Shown one piece after another: positions 35,901-44,182 of a stretch of DNA of 52,548 nucleotides; the first letter of the stretch is position 1, and each line of letters starts with the position of its first letter. This DNA is from a virus (taxonomy: Duplodnaviria; Caudoviricetes), in IMG/VR virus record IMGVR_UViG_3300021964_000096, positions 1 through 52,548 of that record, one strand, 5' to 3'. A program made the translations under genes and the position numbers. The notes beneath the pieces are model-generated. The model did not search any database. It saw only the letters and a list, made by a program, of their open reading frames with translations, and was not told where the DNA came from.

Positions 35901-38842
35901 TCACCTTGCTTAGATTGGAACCTTATTTTAGCGCCTTCTGCTAAAGTACCACCGGTGATTCTTCTTGATCCAAATTGGCTTGGCGGTGCATAACCAACCA
36001 TGCTGTTTATATACGTTTGGCTTGTATCGGGTCTTACGCCTGTGTAAACAAAGCCTACAACTCTTCTTCCCTTTGTAGGTGGCGCGTATCCTTCGCCATT
36101 CCACGATCTAGTGATATTTTGAGAGCTAAAATTAGTTCCAAAAGCTGGTGTAGTGCCTGCGTAATTCATGCTACTCCAGCCAAATATGCTATGCTGCTTG
36201 TTTCTTGAACTACATCCATCGTCACTACATCCATCACAACCCGCATCGCCGTAATTAAAAGTTTTATGGTAATTGCTCCAGCCCCAACTCCATGTTGTAG
36301 TAAAATCTATTTCATCTCTAACAGCATATCTAGGTGCTAAAGCTTTAAACGACTCTATTATATTTGTGTCAAACGCAAAGTTTCTATTTATTTTAGCAAA
36401 AAACCTACCCTCAAATTCTGGTAAATTTTTCTTTTCCGGCTCATATATTTTTATGGTAACTGTTGTACCAGAATTGGTTAAAGGCACTTCTGGACCCAAA
36501 GGTTCTTTTAACACAATTTCATACTCGTCATTATTACTACCTTTAGTTTTAAAAGACTCTATTTCATAATAATCACTAGTTGTACCAGCTGTTGTTATTC
36601 TTAACTTTCTATTACCGGTAAAACCTTTATGAAACTCTGGATTAGAAGTGTTTGTAGGCCCATCAAACTGAAGCGTTATTCTACCAGGTTCAATTTCATT
36701 TGTTAATTCTACATCGTTTCCGGCTTTAAAAATATCAAAAGTTGATATAAATTCTGGAGCAGATGAAGATATTGATAATATTTTATATCTATTCAACTCT
36801 TTTATAGCAACGTCATTATCGTGTTGTTTTTTTAGAATTAAATAAGTTTGTTCATCTACTTTATTTCTTTCTGAAGAAGGAAAAGACAGCCATATATTAC
36901 CATCTTCTGCATGATAAAATCTATCTAACGCTAGATTGTAATATTCATTAGAAGTTTCTTTTATAAAGAATTTATAATGAGTAGCCCAGTCTGGTGGTAT
37001 ATTAAGTGGACTTACTTGTAGCTTGTTAACAGTAGAAGAAGCTGATATATCTAACTGAAAACTAGCTTTTTGACTTGTAAAAACAGGTGTTTCTCTTCCG
37101 TATGTATCTTTATAAACAACTCCAACCTGATAAGTTCTTATTGATTTTATAGAAGGTGCTGGTTTTCCTATTTCGTATATAGGCTCGTGCGAAAAACTAT
37201 TAGAGCTAAGTAGTAAATCTACAGATGTAGATATACTAGAATCCGCGTTAATATACCCAACCGTGTTATAGTTTTGTAAATAATTACCATACACTATTCT
37301 ATTGCCTATAACTTCTTGAGATTTAGCTTTTTTAGGCACGTTATCCCAAGGTCTTAAAAGTTGATTATTATCTACAGTAGCACCTATTAATTCGCTTTTT
37401 ATTTGATACGTGCTAGGTAAAGAAACATTTAAATAATCCTCTTTTTTCAAAGTATCAACAACGTAGACAGATGTAGAATTACTTTCCTTATATAATATAT
37501 CAATTTCTGAAACCTCTTCGTCTGTCCAAATTAAATTTTCTATTATAAGTTTTTTAATTCTATTAACCATACCTAGGTTGTATGCATCTGAAGAAACGTA
37601 TTCAAATTCACCACCTAGAAATGCAACTTTAGAAAAAGGCGAAAAACAAGAATATTCATTGTCTATATATTTCCATCTATAAGCAAATCTAGGAAATTTA
37701 TATTCAAATATACTATCTTTTTCTAGCAAAACACACTCCCAAACTATTGGCTCTACTTCTTCCTCAGAATTTACAGTTTTTTGTATATCTAAAGATATAG
37801 CCTGTATCTGAGCCGTTATAGTTAGGTTGTTTATTTGTTTTATTTGTATTTGTATAGAATACTCTTCGTCTTGACCAAAAGGATTTTCATAATTACCTGT
37901 CATTATGACTACGTCATCTACTTGCCAAGCTGTAGCAATTTCACTTATTTCAAAGGTTATATGACCGTCCCAACCATAAGTTGCATCATAGTTAGGGTTA
38001 TTTGTAGGGTTATTAAAACTGGTATTTAAATAAGCACCACTTTCTCTTTGATCTAAATACTCTCCGTAAGTTGGATATGATATAAAAACATTTGGTTCGG
38101 TTACTGGGTTTGGTATATATGTAAAGTTTTCTAAATCAGTATTATTAAAAATTGTAGATACTGGTGTTATTCCAGTACCAGGAACATCATTTCCAAACTT
38201 AGAAACAGCTGCATTTATAGTAGGAGCATTTGTTGGTGATAACTTCGCTACGGTTACATCTTTTTCAGCAAAATCTGGTCTACCAGTTAAACTAGTCTGA
38301 TAAGTGTTTTGCTCTGGCAACCACTTAGGAATTTTAGTGTGTGTTGTAAAATCAACAGAACCTGTTTTAAATTTTTCAATATTAATCTTCTTTGGTTCAG
38401 TCTGATCGTCTGTCCAAAATAAAAACTTATCAAGTATATTAATACCTGTAATTAAATAGTCTTGTGAAAAATTGAGTATACCAGCTTTATCAACTAATAC
38501 TGGTTTTACTAGATCTGTAGTTTGATCATACTCCGCGATAGCGCTTGTGTTGTCAGAGGCTATAAACCAATAAATTCTTTCGGTTTGGTCATGTCTGTAA
38601 GACCCAATAACAACGGGGTTTTGAAGGGCATCTATATAGTCAGAACTCCAGTTTTCAGAACAACCTTCACAGCCACGCTGCTCTCGGTTTCCTTTTACAT
38701 TTTGTAAAGTACCTACATTAGATCCATCTGAGTTTGCTAAATCTAAGTTTAGCGCGTCGCGGTATTCACCATTTGGTATTAACCGCTCGTCAAGATCTTT
38801 ATTCATTCTCCCTGATTGGAAGGTATGGATAAATTCTGGCAT
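32912..38842 (-). CDS. Tail nozzle/stabilisation protein (crAss-like type) with C-terminal repeats
   Basis: 1976 aa; GRMNKDLDERLIPNGEYRDALN, LFWTD, RFAYRWKY, GNRIVYGNY, GVESNRIRDD, FGISKNPESF. Confidence 0.8.
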   Translation of the reverse strand: MPEFIHTFQSGRMNKDLDERLIPNGEYRDALNLDLANSDGSNVGTLQNVKGNREQRGCEGCSENWSSDYIDALQNPVVIGSYRHDQTERIYWFIASDNTSAIAEYDQTTDLVKPVLVDKAGILNFSQDYLITGINILDKFLFWTDDQTEPKKINIEKFKTGSVDFTTHTKIPKWLPEQNTYQTSLTGRPDFAEKDVTVAKLSPTNAPTINAAVSKFGNDVPGTGITPVSTIFNNTDLENFTYIPNPVTEPNVFISYPTYGEYLDQRESGAYLNTSFNNPTNNPNYDATYGWDGHITFEISEIATAWQVDDVVIMTGNYENPFGQDEEYSIQIQIKQINNLTITAQIQAISLDIQKTVNSEEEVEPIVWECVLLEKDSIFEYKFPRFAYRWKYIDNEYSCFSPFSKVAFLGGEFEYVSSDAYNLGMVNRIKKLIIENLIWTDEEVSEIDILYKESNSTSVYVVDTLKKEDYLNVSLPSTYQIKSELIGATVDNNQLLRPWDNVPKKAKSQEVIGNRIVYGNYLQNYNTVGYINADSSISTSVDLLLSSNSFSHEPIYEIGKPAPSIKSIRTYQVGVVYKDTYGRETPVFTSQKASFQLDISASSTVNKLQVSPLNIPPDWATHYKFFIKETSNEYYNLALDRFYHAEDGNIWLSFPSSERNKVDEQTYLILKKQHDNDVAIKELNRYKILSISSSAPEFISTFDIFKAGNDVELTNEIEPGRITLQFDGPTNTSNPEFHKGFTGNRKLRITTAGTTSDYYEIESFKTKGSNNDEYEIVLKEPLGPEVPLTNSGTTVTIKIYEPEKKNLPEFEGRFFAKINRNFAFDTNIIESFKALAPRYAVRDEIDFTTTWSWGWSNYHKTFNYGDAGCDGCSDDGCSSRNKQHSIFGWSSMNYAGTTPAFGTNFSSQNITRSWNGEGYAPPTKGRRVVGFVYTGVRPDTSQTYINSMVGYAPPSQFGSRRITGGTLAEGAKIRFQSKQGDQSEVYTVMETISYLVPRGGRYKKSNCNNWRTNSENGIVIFMIFLDRFINDPWMPEWNQQSVLSSKLPSIQVVENVSTDNNKLLTSPNPAIFETEPKEAVDLDLYYEASNAIPISDYNNTNQQIEWFNCYSYGQGVESNRIRDDYNAVYIDKGPKVSTVLDDPYAEERRGSGYIFSQVYNSTSGINRLNQFIQALPITKDLNPIHGTIQKLHARDTDLITLCEDKCFRVLANKDALYNADGNVNLTGNTAVLGQAVPYAGEFGISKNPESFAQYAFRSYFTDKNRGAVIRLSRDGITNIAEKGMSDFFADNLGVSTKIIGSYDDDKDIYNVTLNNLSQSWKNTFSESQDYQLNPDCNIDTTDPITQTTVSFKESVDGWTSRKSFIQESGLSLNNRYFTFKHGRIWEHGLLDKANNFYGIQYDSAFNVIFNEMPQSVKGFSTLNYTGTQSRRLQYKLEQLGKPYSIAEVNFNKIIPNFVEQKQPGWYVNYIKTNLEGGEIKEFEKKEGKYFNYIKGLEQFNNCEFIGEGIGPPVIVECDPQNYLLTVTIDETCSSSGSPTPDTDFEGWYQWNTKGLSSSILEALTAQDAKCIIDDFYNYVNGNYSQVTSINYHQFKYVFSDGISVGTQMYDKDTLQPITEAGTYLWIKPPPIGIAPDSFYLDPNNSVSVPNTYFIVIWGSDGIISSVVPYNSLAVCPPTTPDMFRWFDTYLNANNSDPQIPSFNVTQGHTSTNNFLCSLRGFMNSFWEQHDDPNINGPNGGWSSFEIYWHGPGEIEVNTVLYIDPINLNVASDRYLVTGPGPGYAFEYSIEYNAANRWTNVSLLPDGYKLIKTNSSGVVTEITQMNQIPNPLCEDECLPETPIYFYWFRDWDASLELGGINWSGFTDMEWARGAIEQSFIDYPNAGPLGNINAEYRYNIAEGVNVGTKIWVTYGSDPCEFILWDALYLWVGSSTVDPNLALDPTDPTPIPDEYKFIKIVDGIISEIVQYNSVTPTIP

Positions 38843-38845
38843 ATA

Positions 38846-39751
38846 TTAATGTTTTATTTGCTTAGATTTGTTACGCATAACCTGCGTAATCTCTTCTATT
38901 TTTATATTTGACAATCTTAATTTAGCATTGCGTCTAGCGGCTTGTTTTTCACGCTTAAACCTTGCTATAATATATTCTGGTGTATTTGCTCTAGTTGATA
39001 AAATAGCGTGAGCTATATACTTATATAAAGCTTCTTCAGCAAACTTGTGTACTGTCATTTCTTCGTCAGTGCCTAAGCCATCACTTATATACTTTAAAGT
39101 AACGATACGGTTAACCATATCAGAGCTAAAGTGTATTAAGCCTTTTATTTGGTCTATAAAAAACACACCATTTGATTGAGAATTTTCAGGGTTAAGACCG
39201 TAACGTCTACCTAAAAAATGCTCTGTCATTAAATCACCACTATTTGTATTTCTATTATTTTCTTTATTAACCGGGTTAGATTTAAATTTTTCCCAAGTTT
39301 CAGAGTCTTGAGCATATAATATCTCACCGTTTTCATCAAAAGTATACTCGTAATTGCTATCTTGTAATATAGGTAGCGGATCACTAGTTTTTCTAGCTGG
39401 ATATATAACATGTTCTAAACCTTGGTCATCTGTCCAGGTCAACTTAACATAGTTTACATAGTCTTGTGGCAACACCATATACAACTGAGGGCTTATTTCT
39501 ATTTCTTGTGATTTAAAAGAAGGTAGAAGATCAAAATTAAACTCTTGTATACCGCGCTGGGCGTGGAAAGCAACGTCAGTTCTTTTTATTTTACTTATAA
39601 CTTTACCTTCACCTACGTAAGATATAATAAAGTTATTTATAATATCTTTTAATGAGACAAATTGGTAGTTACCATAATCTTCGTCTAAACTATTCCAGAT
39701 ACCATCTGGTCCTTCGTAATATTGCTCGTTAGTATAGTTTATTAGTCCCAT
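38846..39751 (-). CDS. Tail adaptor/ring protein
   Basis: 301 aa; LPQDYVNYVKL, LKYISDG; position in the tail module. Confidence 0.7.
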   Translation of the reverse strand: MGLINYTNEQYYEGPDGIWNSLDEDYGNYQFVSLKDIINNFIISYVGEGKVISKIKRTDVAFHAQRGIQEFNFDLLPSFKSQEIEISPQLYMVLPQDYVNYVKLTWTDDQGLEHVIYPARKTSDPLPILQDSNYEYTFDENGEILYAQDSETWEKFKSNPVNKENNRNTNSGDLMTEHFLGRRYGLNPENSQSNGVFFIDQIKGLIHFSSDMVNRIVTLKYISDGLGTDEEMTVHKFAEEALYKYIAHAILSTRANTPEYIIARFKREKQAARRNAKLRLSNIKIEEITQVMRNKSKQIKH

Positions 39752-39754
39752 TTA

Positions 39755-40483
39755 TTAAGATTTTTCTTGTTGTATAGTTTCAATTTCTTCTTGATTAGCT
39801 ACATTGTATAAATTGTAGTCTTTAATCAATAAACCAGCCATTTCTAATATCTTTATAACAAGCTCTGTTTCTTCAGATGGATTTAATTCAAAATTAACTG
39901 AATTAGCAGCGTCATACAATGGCTCACCAAAAACTATTTGATATGCCCATTGTGGAGTGGTTGGCTTTTTAATATAATTACACTTTACGTCAGAAGTTAA
40001 TTCAGAATCACCATAAACATTGATTCCAGACGTGTTTTGAGTGTATATAGGACGTGTATTCTTTGGTTTTGTAAGTGGAGATGAGTTGATATATAAAATT
40101 TCATTTTTAGCAACTCTCTCAGCTTCTATTTGCTCTGTGGTAGACGTGCCAAAACCGTCGGTTGTAGTATTACTATATATAACTGTGCCAAGTCTATATA
40201 GATCAGTTGGTAATTCAAACTTAGTATTGTCGTGGGTTAAATTACCTGATGTTACTTCAAATGGACTTATTTTTTCGTTTAAAATATCTAACATGTCTGA
40301 GTACTCTGTGTCATTGCCAGGTAATCTTCCAAATTGATTAATATCATAAAAGTATTGCTCAAATAAATCTAATTGAGCTTGATTAGCAAATAAATTAAAC
40401 TCTTGAGGTGTTACATAACCTCTTTGCTCTTTATTTAATATAGCTAAAACTTTTTGATATACTGTATCTATGCTTATTGCCAT
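39755..40483 (-). CDS. Head-tail adaptor/ring protein
   Basis: 242 aa; LNKEQRGYVTPQEFNLFA; YIKKP. Confidence 0.7.
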   Translation of the reverse strand: MAISIDTVYQKVLAILNKEQRGYVTPQEFNLFANQAQLDLFEQYFYDINQFGRLPGNDTEYSDMLDILNEKISPFEVTSGNLTHDNTKFELPTDLYRLGTVIYSNTTTDGFGTSTTEQIEAERVAKNEILYINSSPLTKPKNTRPIYTQNTSGINVYGDSELTSDVKCNYIKKPTTPQWAYQIVFGEPLYDAANSVNFELNPSEETELVIKILEMAGLLIKDYNLYNVANQEEIETIQQEKS

Positions 40484-40502
40484 TTGTTATTTTTATTTAT
40501 AA

Positions 40503-40533
40503 TAGTTAGGCCACCATTACAGTGGCCTAGCTA
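40503..40533 (-). terminator. Hairpin, probable terminator or processing site
   Basis: Intergenic inverted repeat TAGTTAGGCCAC-7nt-GTGGCCTAGCTA; weak U-tract. Confidence 0.6.
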
Positions 40534-40545
40534 CTATAATGTGAC

Positions 40546-41364
40546 TTATAATTTTTTAATTATATGTTTGTAAACTTCCATACCTTCATCTGTTTTAAAG
40601 AAGGCTGCAAGCGCAGAATAAGGGTGTTCATCAAAAGGAACAGTCATTAACTTTCTACCAGTTTCACCATATGAAAAAGTTCTCTGATCTGAAGATAATT
40701 TTAATATCCCTAAGTCTGTAGCCTTTATACCTACGTTTCTAAGCTCAACGTTATCATCGTTAGCAAGTTCTAAAAATAATATAGGATTTTTCTTAGCAAA
40801 AACTAATCCATCTCTTTTAAGCTCGCTAGAAGTTAACCTATCAACTTTACTACCATATTCAACCCTCAATATTGCTTCTAAACTGCTTATATCCATTTGT
40901 TTAGCCGCTAGCAAAGCTTCAATTTCGTATTCCATGTAAGCAAGTTCGTTTACAGATTCTTGCACTGGATTGTACTCTTCGTACACTTTGTTTAAGGCTG
41001 GGTGGTATAATGATAATAGTTTTTGAAGGTTTTGTTGCTCTTTTGGAACAGCTAATACACCATCTCTAAAAATTATTCTACCCAATATATATTGACCTTT
41101 TTGATCGTCAACAAAAGGTGAGTTTTGATTAGTAGCGTATCTAAGTTCTTTTTGCTCCCCTGTTTTTTCATCAAACCAAAGAAGAGGAGATCTTCTAGAG
41201 TTTTTTGAAGGCAGAGTAAACACTAAAGGTGATTTACCTTGTTTTAATTGATATAATCTATTTTTTATTTCCCAACTAGGTTTAGCTGGGGCTTGTGGTT
41301 TTTTTATAACCACCGGCTGAGGTGCAACCTCAACAGCTTCTTCTGCTTTAGCTTTTTTAGCCAT
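40546..41364 (-). CDS. Conserved protein downstream of major capsid gene
   Basis: 272 aa; ELRYATNQNSPFVDDQ; position matches crAss-like head modules. Confidence 0.65.
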   Translation of the reverse strand: MAKKAKAEEAVEVAPQPVVIKKPQAPAKPSWEIKNRLYQLKQGKSPLVFTLPSKNSRRSPLLWFDEKTGEQKELRYATNQNSPFVDDQKGQYILGRIIFRDGVLAVPKEQQNLQKLLSLYHPALNKVYEEYNPVQESVNELAYMEYEIEALLAAKQMDISSLEAILRVEYGSKVDRLTSSELKRDGLVFAKKNPILFLELANDDNVELRNVGIKATDLGILKLSSDQRTFSYGETGRKLMTVPFDEHPYSALAAFFKTDEGMEVYKHIIKKL

Positions 41365-41401
41365 GATATAATAAAATTAAATAGTTAATAAAGGTAAGAA
41401 A

Positions 41402-41426
41402 TACCCCTGAAGTTGCATCAGGGGTA
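41402..41426 (-). terminator. Intrinsic terminator after major capsid gene
   Basis: TACCCCTGA-7nt-TCAGGGGTA, followed on the - strand by TTTCTT. Confidence 0.75.
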
Positions 41427-41442
41427 AAACTTACTTGTGTTG

Positions 41443-42933
41443 TTATCCACTAGGTAAAGTTGCTTTTTTGAATAAAACAAAGTTGTTAGCACCTTGAACA
41501 CATAAACATCTTTCAGATAAGAAGTTTACGTTCATTTCATCAGCTTCACTTGTATAGTTTCCACCAACAGATCCAGTCACCCAAGACTTCAAACGACGAT
41601 CGTCAGCTTCTGAAGCTCGGTAACGAACGTGTAAGAAAGGTCTTTGGATATTTTGACCTAGAATTTGATCGTAAACAGTTGAAGTTCCAGCTGGGACTAA
41701 AGCACCTAAAGTAAGTCCAGTTACTCCAGCAGTTGTAGAATCGTTCAAGTATTTCCAATCAGTTTTATAAAAGTCATAAGATCCTCTACGGAAACCAGAG
41801 AAACCTAAGTTAAGCGCCATATCTTCTGAATTTTCAAATACTCCATAAGAAGTACCTCCAGCTCCATAAGAATTTTGAGCAGCTAACATTAAGTCGATAT
41901 CTAGAGAAGTAGCACGATTCAAGAAAAGCATGTTTTCTTCAATAGCACCTTGCTTGTCTAGTTCAGCTAAAATGTCATCAAACTCTAAAATTCCTTCTGA
42001 ACCAGCAGTAGTATCAGCAAAGTCAGGATCATTGTAGACAAGACCTCTATCCTCAATAGCAGCAAAAAGACCTTCAGACCCAGTGTAACCAGCGGCTCCA
42101 GCAGCACCACCACCAGAGGTAGTATCAGTAACAGCTTCAATCATTGACATTTCTAAATAATCTTCAAAACGAATACGTGCTTCGTGCTCAGATTTTAAAT
42201 ACCAAAGATATCCTCCAGTTCCAGCTTCAGTAGTAACTTCAACCCATCCAATTTGTGCAACATCAGACCCATTAACGTTGTATTTATCTCTTAAGATAAT
42301 AGGTTTGTTGCTAAACTGAGTGAATTTAGCATCTACAGTTTTGCTAGGCCCAGGATTAGTTGAAGTTCCACTTCCTTTTGTGTACTCAGAGCCGTAAACA
42401 AAAACTTTTACAACACCTGGATCACCATCATTACTAGCGGTATAAATACTTGTTAAATCAGCTACTCCATAAGGCGCTACAGTAATAGTTGCAGCAGCAC
42501 CATCACCACCAGTCGTAACTCTAGCTTTAACAGTTGTAACTCCAGTAGATATAACAATAGTGTTACCAGCGTTAATTAAAGCAGCTTTTTGAGCACCTGT
42601 TTGAGATCCAGCAACTGCAGGAGCGTCATCTCCAAAAGTCAACAAGTTACTACCAGTTGCAGCTACTTGACAATCTTCAAAAGCAATATGAAGACGTCCT
42701 TGTTCAGACCAAACCACTTGATCAGAAGCCATAGGCATTTCAGCGCCTACCATTCTTAAAAATCCAGATACAGTACGGTTACCATATCGCTCTACCTCTT
42801 TTTCATACACTTCAGGTAGAAATTGTTGTGTAAAATTCATGTCATCTAGAGACAAATAGTTGTCACCAAATAGACCTTTAATAGGGCGCGGAGTTACGTG
42901 ATTTAACTCAGCACCAGTTCCAGCAAATGCCAT
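41443..42933 (-). CDS. Major capsid protein
   Basis: 496 aa after portal and scaffold; strongly biased codons; followed by a terminator; EGLFAAIEDRG, LGFSGFRRG. Confidence 0.88.
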   Translation of the reverse strand: MAFAGTGAELNHVTPRPIKGLFGDNYLSLDDMNFTQQFLPEVYEKEVERYGNRTVSGFLRMVGAEMPMASDQVVWSEQGRLHIAFEDCQVAATGSNLLTFGDDAPAVAGSQTGAQKAALINAGNTIVISTGVTTVKARVTTGGDGAAATITVAPYGVADLTSIYTASNDGDPGVVKVFVYGSEYTKGSGTSTNPGPSKTVDAKFTQFSNKPIILRDKYNVNGSDVAQIGWVEVTTEAGTGGYLWYLKSEHEARIRFEDYLEMSMIEAVTDTTSGGGAAGAAGYTGSEGLFAAIEDRGLVYNDPDFADTTAGSEGILEFDDILAELDKQGAIEENMLFLNRATSLDIDLMLAAQNSYGAGGTSYGVFENSEDMALNLGFSGFRRGSYDFYKTDWKYLNDSTTAGVTGLTLGALVPAGTSTVYDQILGQNIQRPFLHVRYRASEADDRRLKSWVTGSVGGNYTSEADEMNVNFLSERCLCVQGANNFVLFKKATLPSG

Positions 42934-42952
42934 AATTTTAAATTTTTAGTTG

Positions 42953-44149
42953 TTATTTTCTAATTTTCATTTTTAATTTAGAAGTATCAACACCGTTAAC
43001 AGACCTTACTGTCCAACCGTTAGAAGTTGTAGTTTTTTCATGGCCCCGTCTAGGTTCCATATCTACATTCTTGGCTCTAGCAACACTAGATTTTATAGCA
43101 TCGGCTTTACCTTGCTCATAAAAATGTTGCGCTATAGCGTCAGAATTCATAGCGGTGAACAAAGACTTGTGATAACCTTTAGCATCAGACATTTCATTTT
43201 TATCGTTTAAGAACTTCTTAACAAAATTATTAATGTCGCTTTGTGTGTTTTTCACGTTGTCTACGTCTTTAACGTTAAAACGATACCTCTTGTCCCCAAC
43301 TGAATATTCAAAACCTTTGAAATCATTGTTGAACAAATCGTTTGTTTTCTTTAAAAACGTATTTTTTTGTTGCTCTGCAACTTTAGTTGACTCTTCGTTT
43401 TCTTTATTGTAGCGGTTGAAAAATTCAACTGCTTTTTGCTGATCAGGTGTAAGCCTAGAACCAGCTTTTATTTCGTCATAGTATTTAGACTTCAAGCTTT
43501 CCATGTGGTTTTGAGCTTTAGCAAGCTCCTCCTTATAAGCTATTTTTCTTTTTCTAATATCTCTTTCGTCATCTAGCTCTTCATCATAGCTAAAATCTTC
43601 CATCAATATATCGACGTCTTCTTTGTCTAAATGTGGTTTTGTGGTTTCGTAATATTCCCTTAATAATTGTTCGTTATTTAACTTAGAATAATCTTGGTTT
43701 AATTTTACATAATCCTCAAGAGTTCCACCAGTGTCATTCATAAAGTCTACAACTTTTTGAATATTTTCTGGTAAATTAACTCCAGTTTGCTCCTGCTCTT
43801 CAATAGCATCAGCAATATCTTCCGTTAATTGCTCTGTTTGCTCTTGTACTTCTTCTTCGGTAATTTCTTCAACTACCGGCGCTTCACTCCGTACATCTTC
43901 AACACGCTGCTCGGGGTTTTCTTCAACCAATTCTTGCAATTCCAGGTTGGACTCTTCTCTGCTTTCTGCGCTTTCGTCTTCGCTGCGTAACACGCTTTCA
44001 TCTGTGCTTTGTTCTTGAACGGCATCTTGGTTTGTTTTGTTTAGTTTACTTAAATCAACCTTTATTACACCATCTTCTTGCATAACAGGCTTTGGCGCTT
44101 CTTGCTGCACCTCTTCAACTAAAGAATCTTTAATTTCTTCGTTTTCCAT
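42953..44149 (-). CDS. Capsid scaffolding protein
   Basis: 398 aa; very acidic N-half; HFYEQGKADA; between portal and capsid. Confidence 0.75.
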   Translation of the reverse strand: MENEEIKDSLVEEVQQEAPKPVMQEDGVIKVDLSKLNKTNQDAVQEQSTDESVLRSEDESAESREESNLELQELVEENPEQRVEDVRSEAPVVEEITEEEVQEQTEQLTEDIADAIEEQEQTGVNLPENIQKVVDFMNDTGGTLEDYVKLNQDYSKLNNEQLLREYYETTKPHLDKEDVDILMEDFSYDEELDDERDIRKRKIAYKEELAKAQNHMESLKSKYYDEIKAGSRLTPDQQKAVEFFNRYNKENEESTKVAEQQKNTFLKKTNDLFNNDFKGFEYSVGDKRYRFNVKDVDNVKNTQSDINNFVKKFLNDKNEMSDAKGYHKSLFTAMNSDAIAQHFYEQGKADAIKSSVARAKNVDMEPRRGHEKTTTSNGWTVRSVNGVDTSKLKMKIRK

Positions 44150-44182
44150 GATAAAATATTATATAATTACTATTAGTTATTA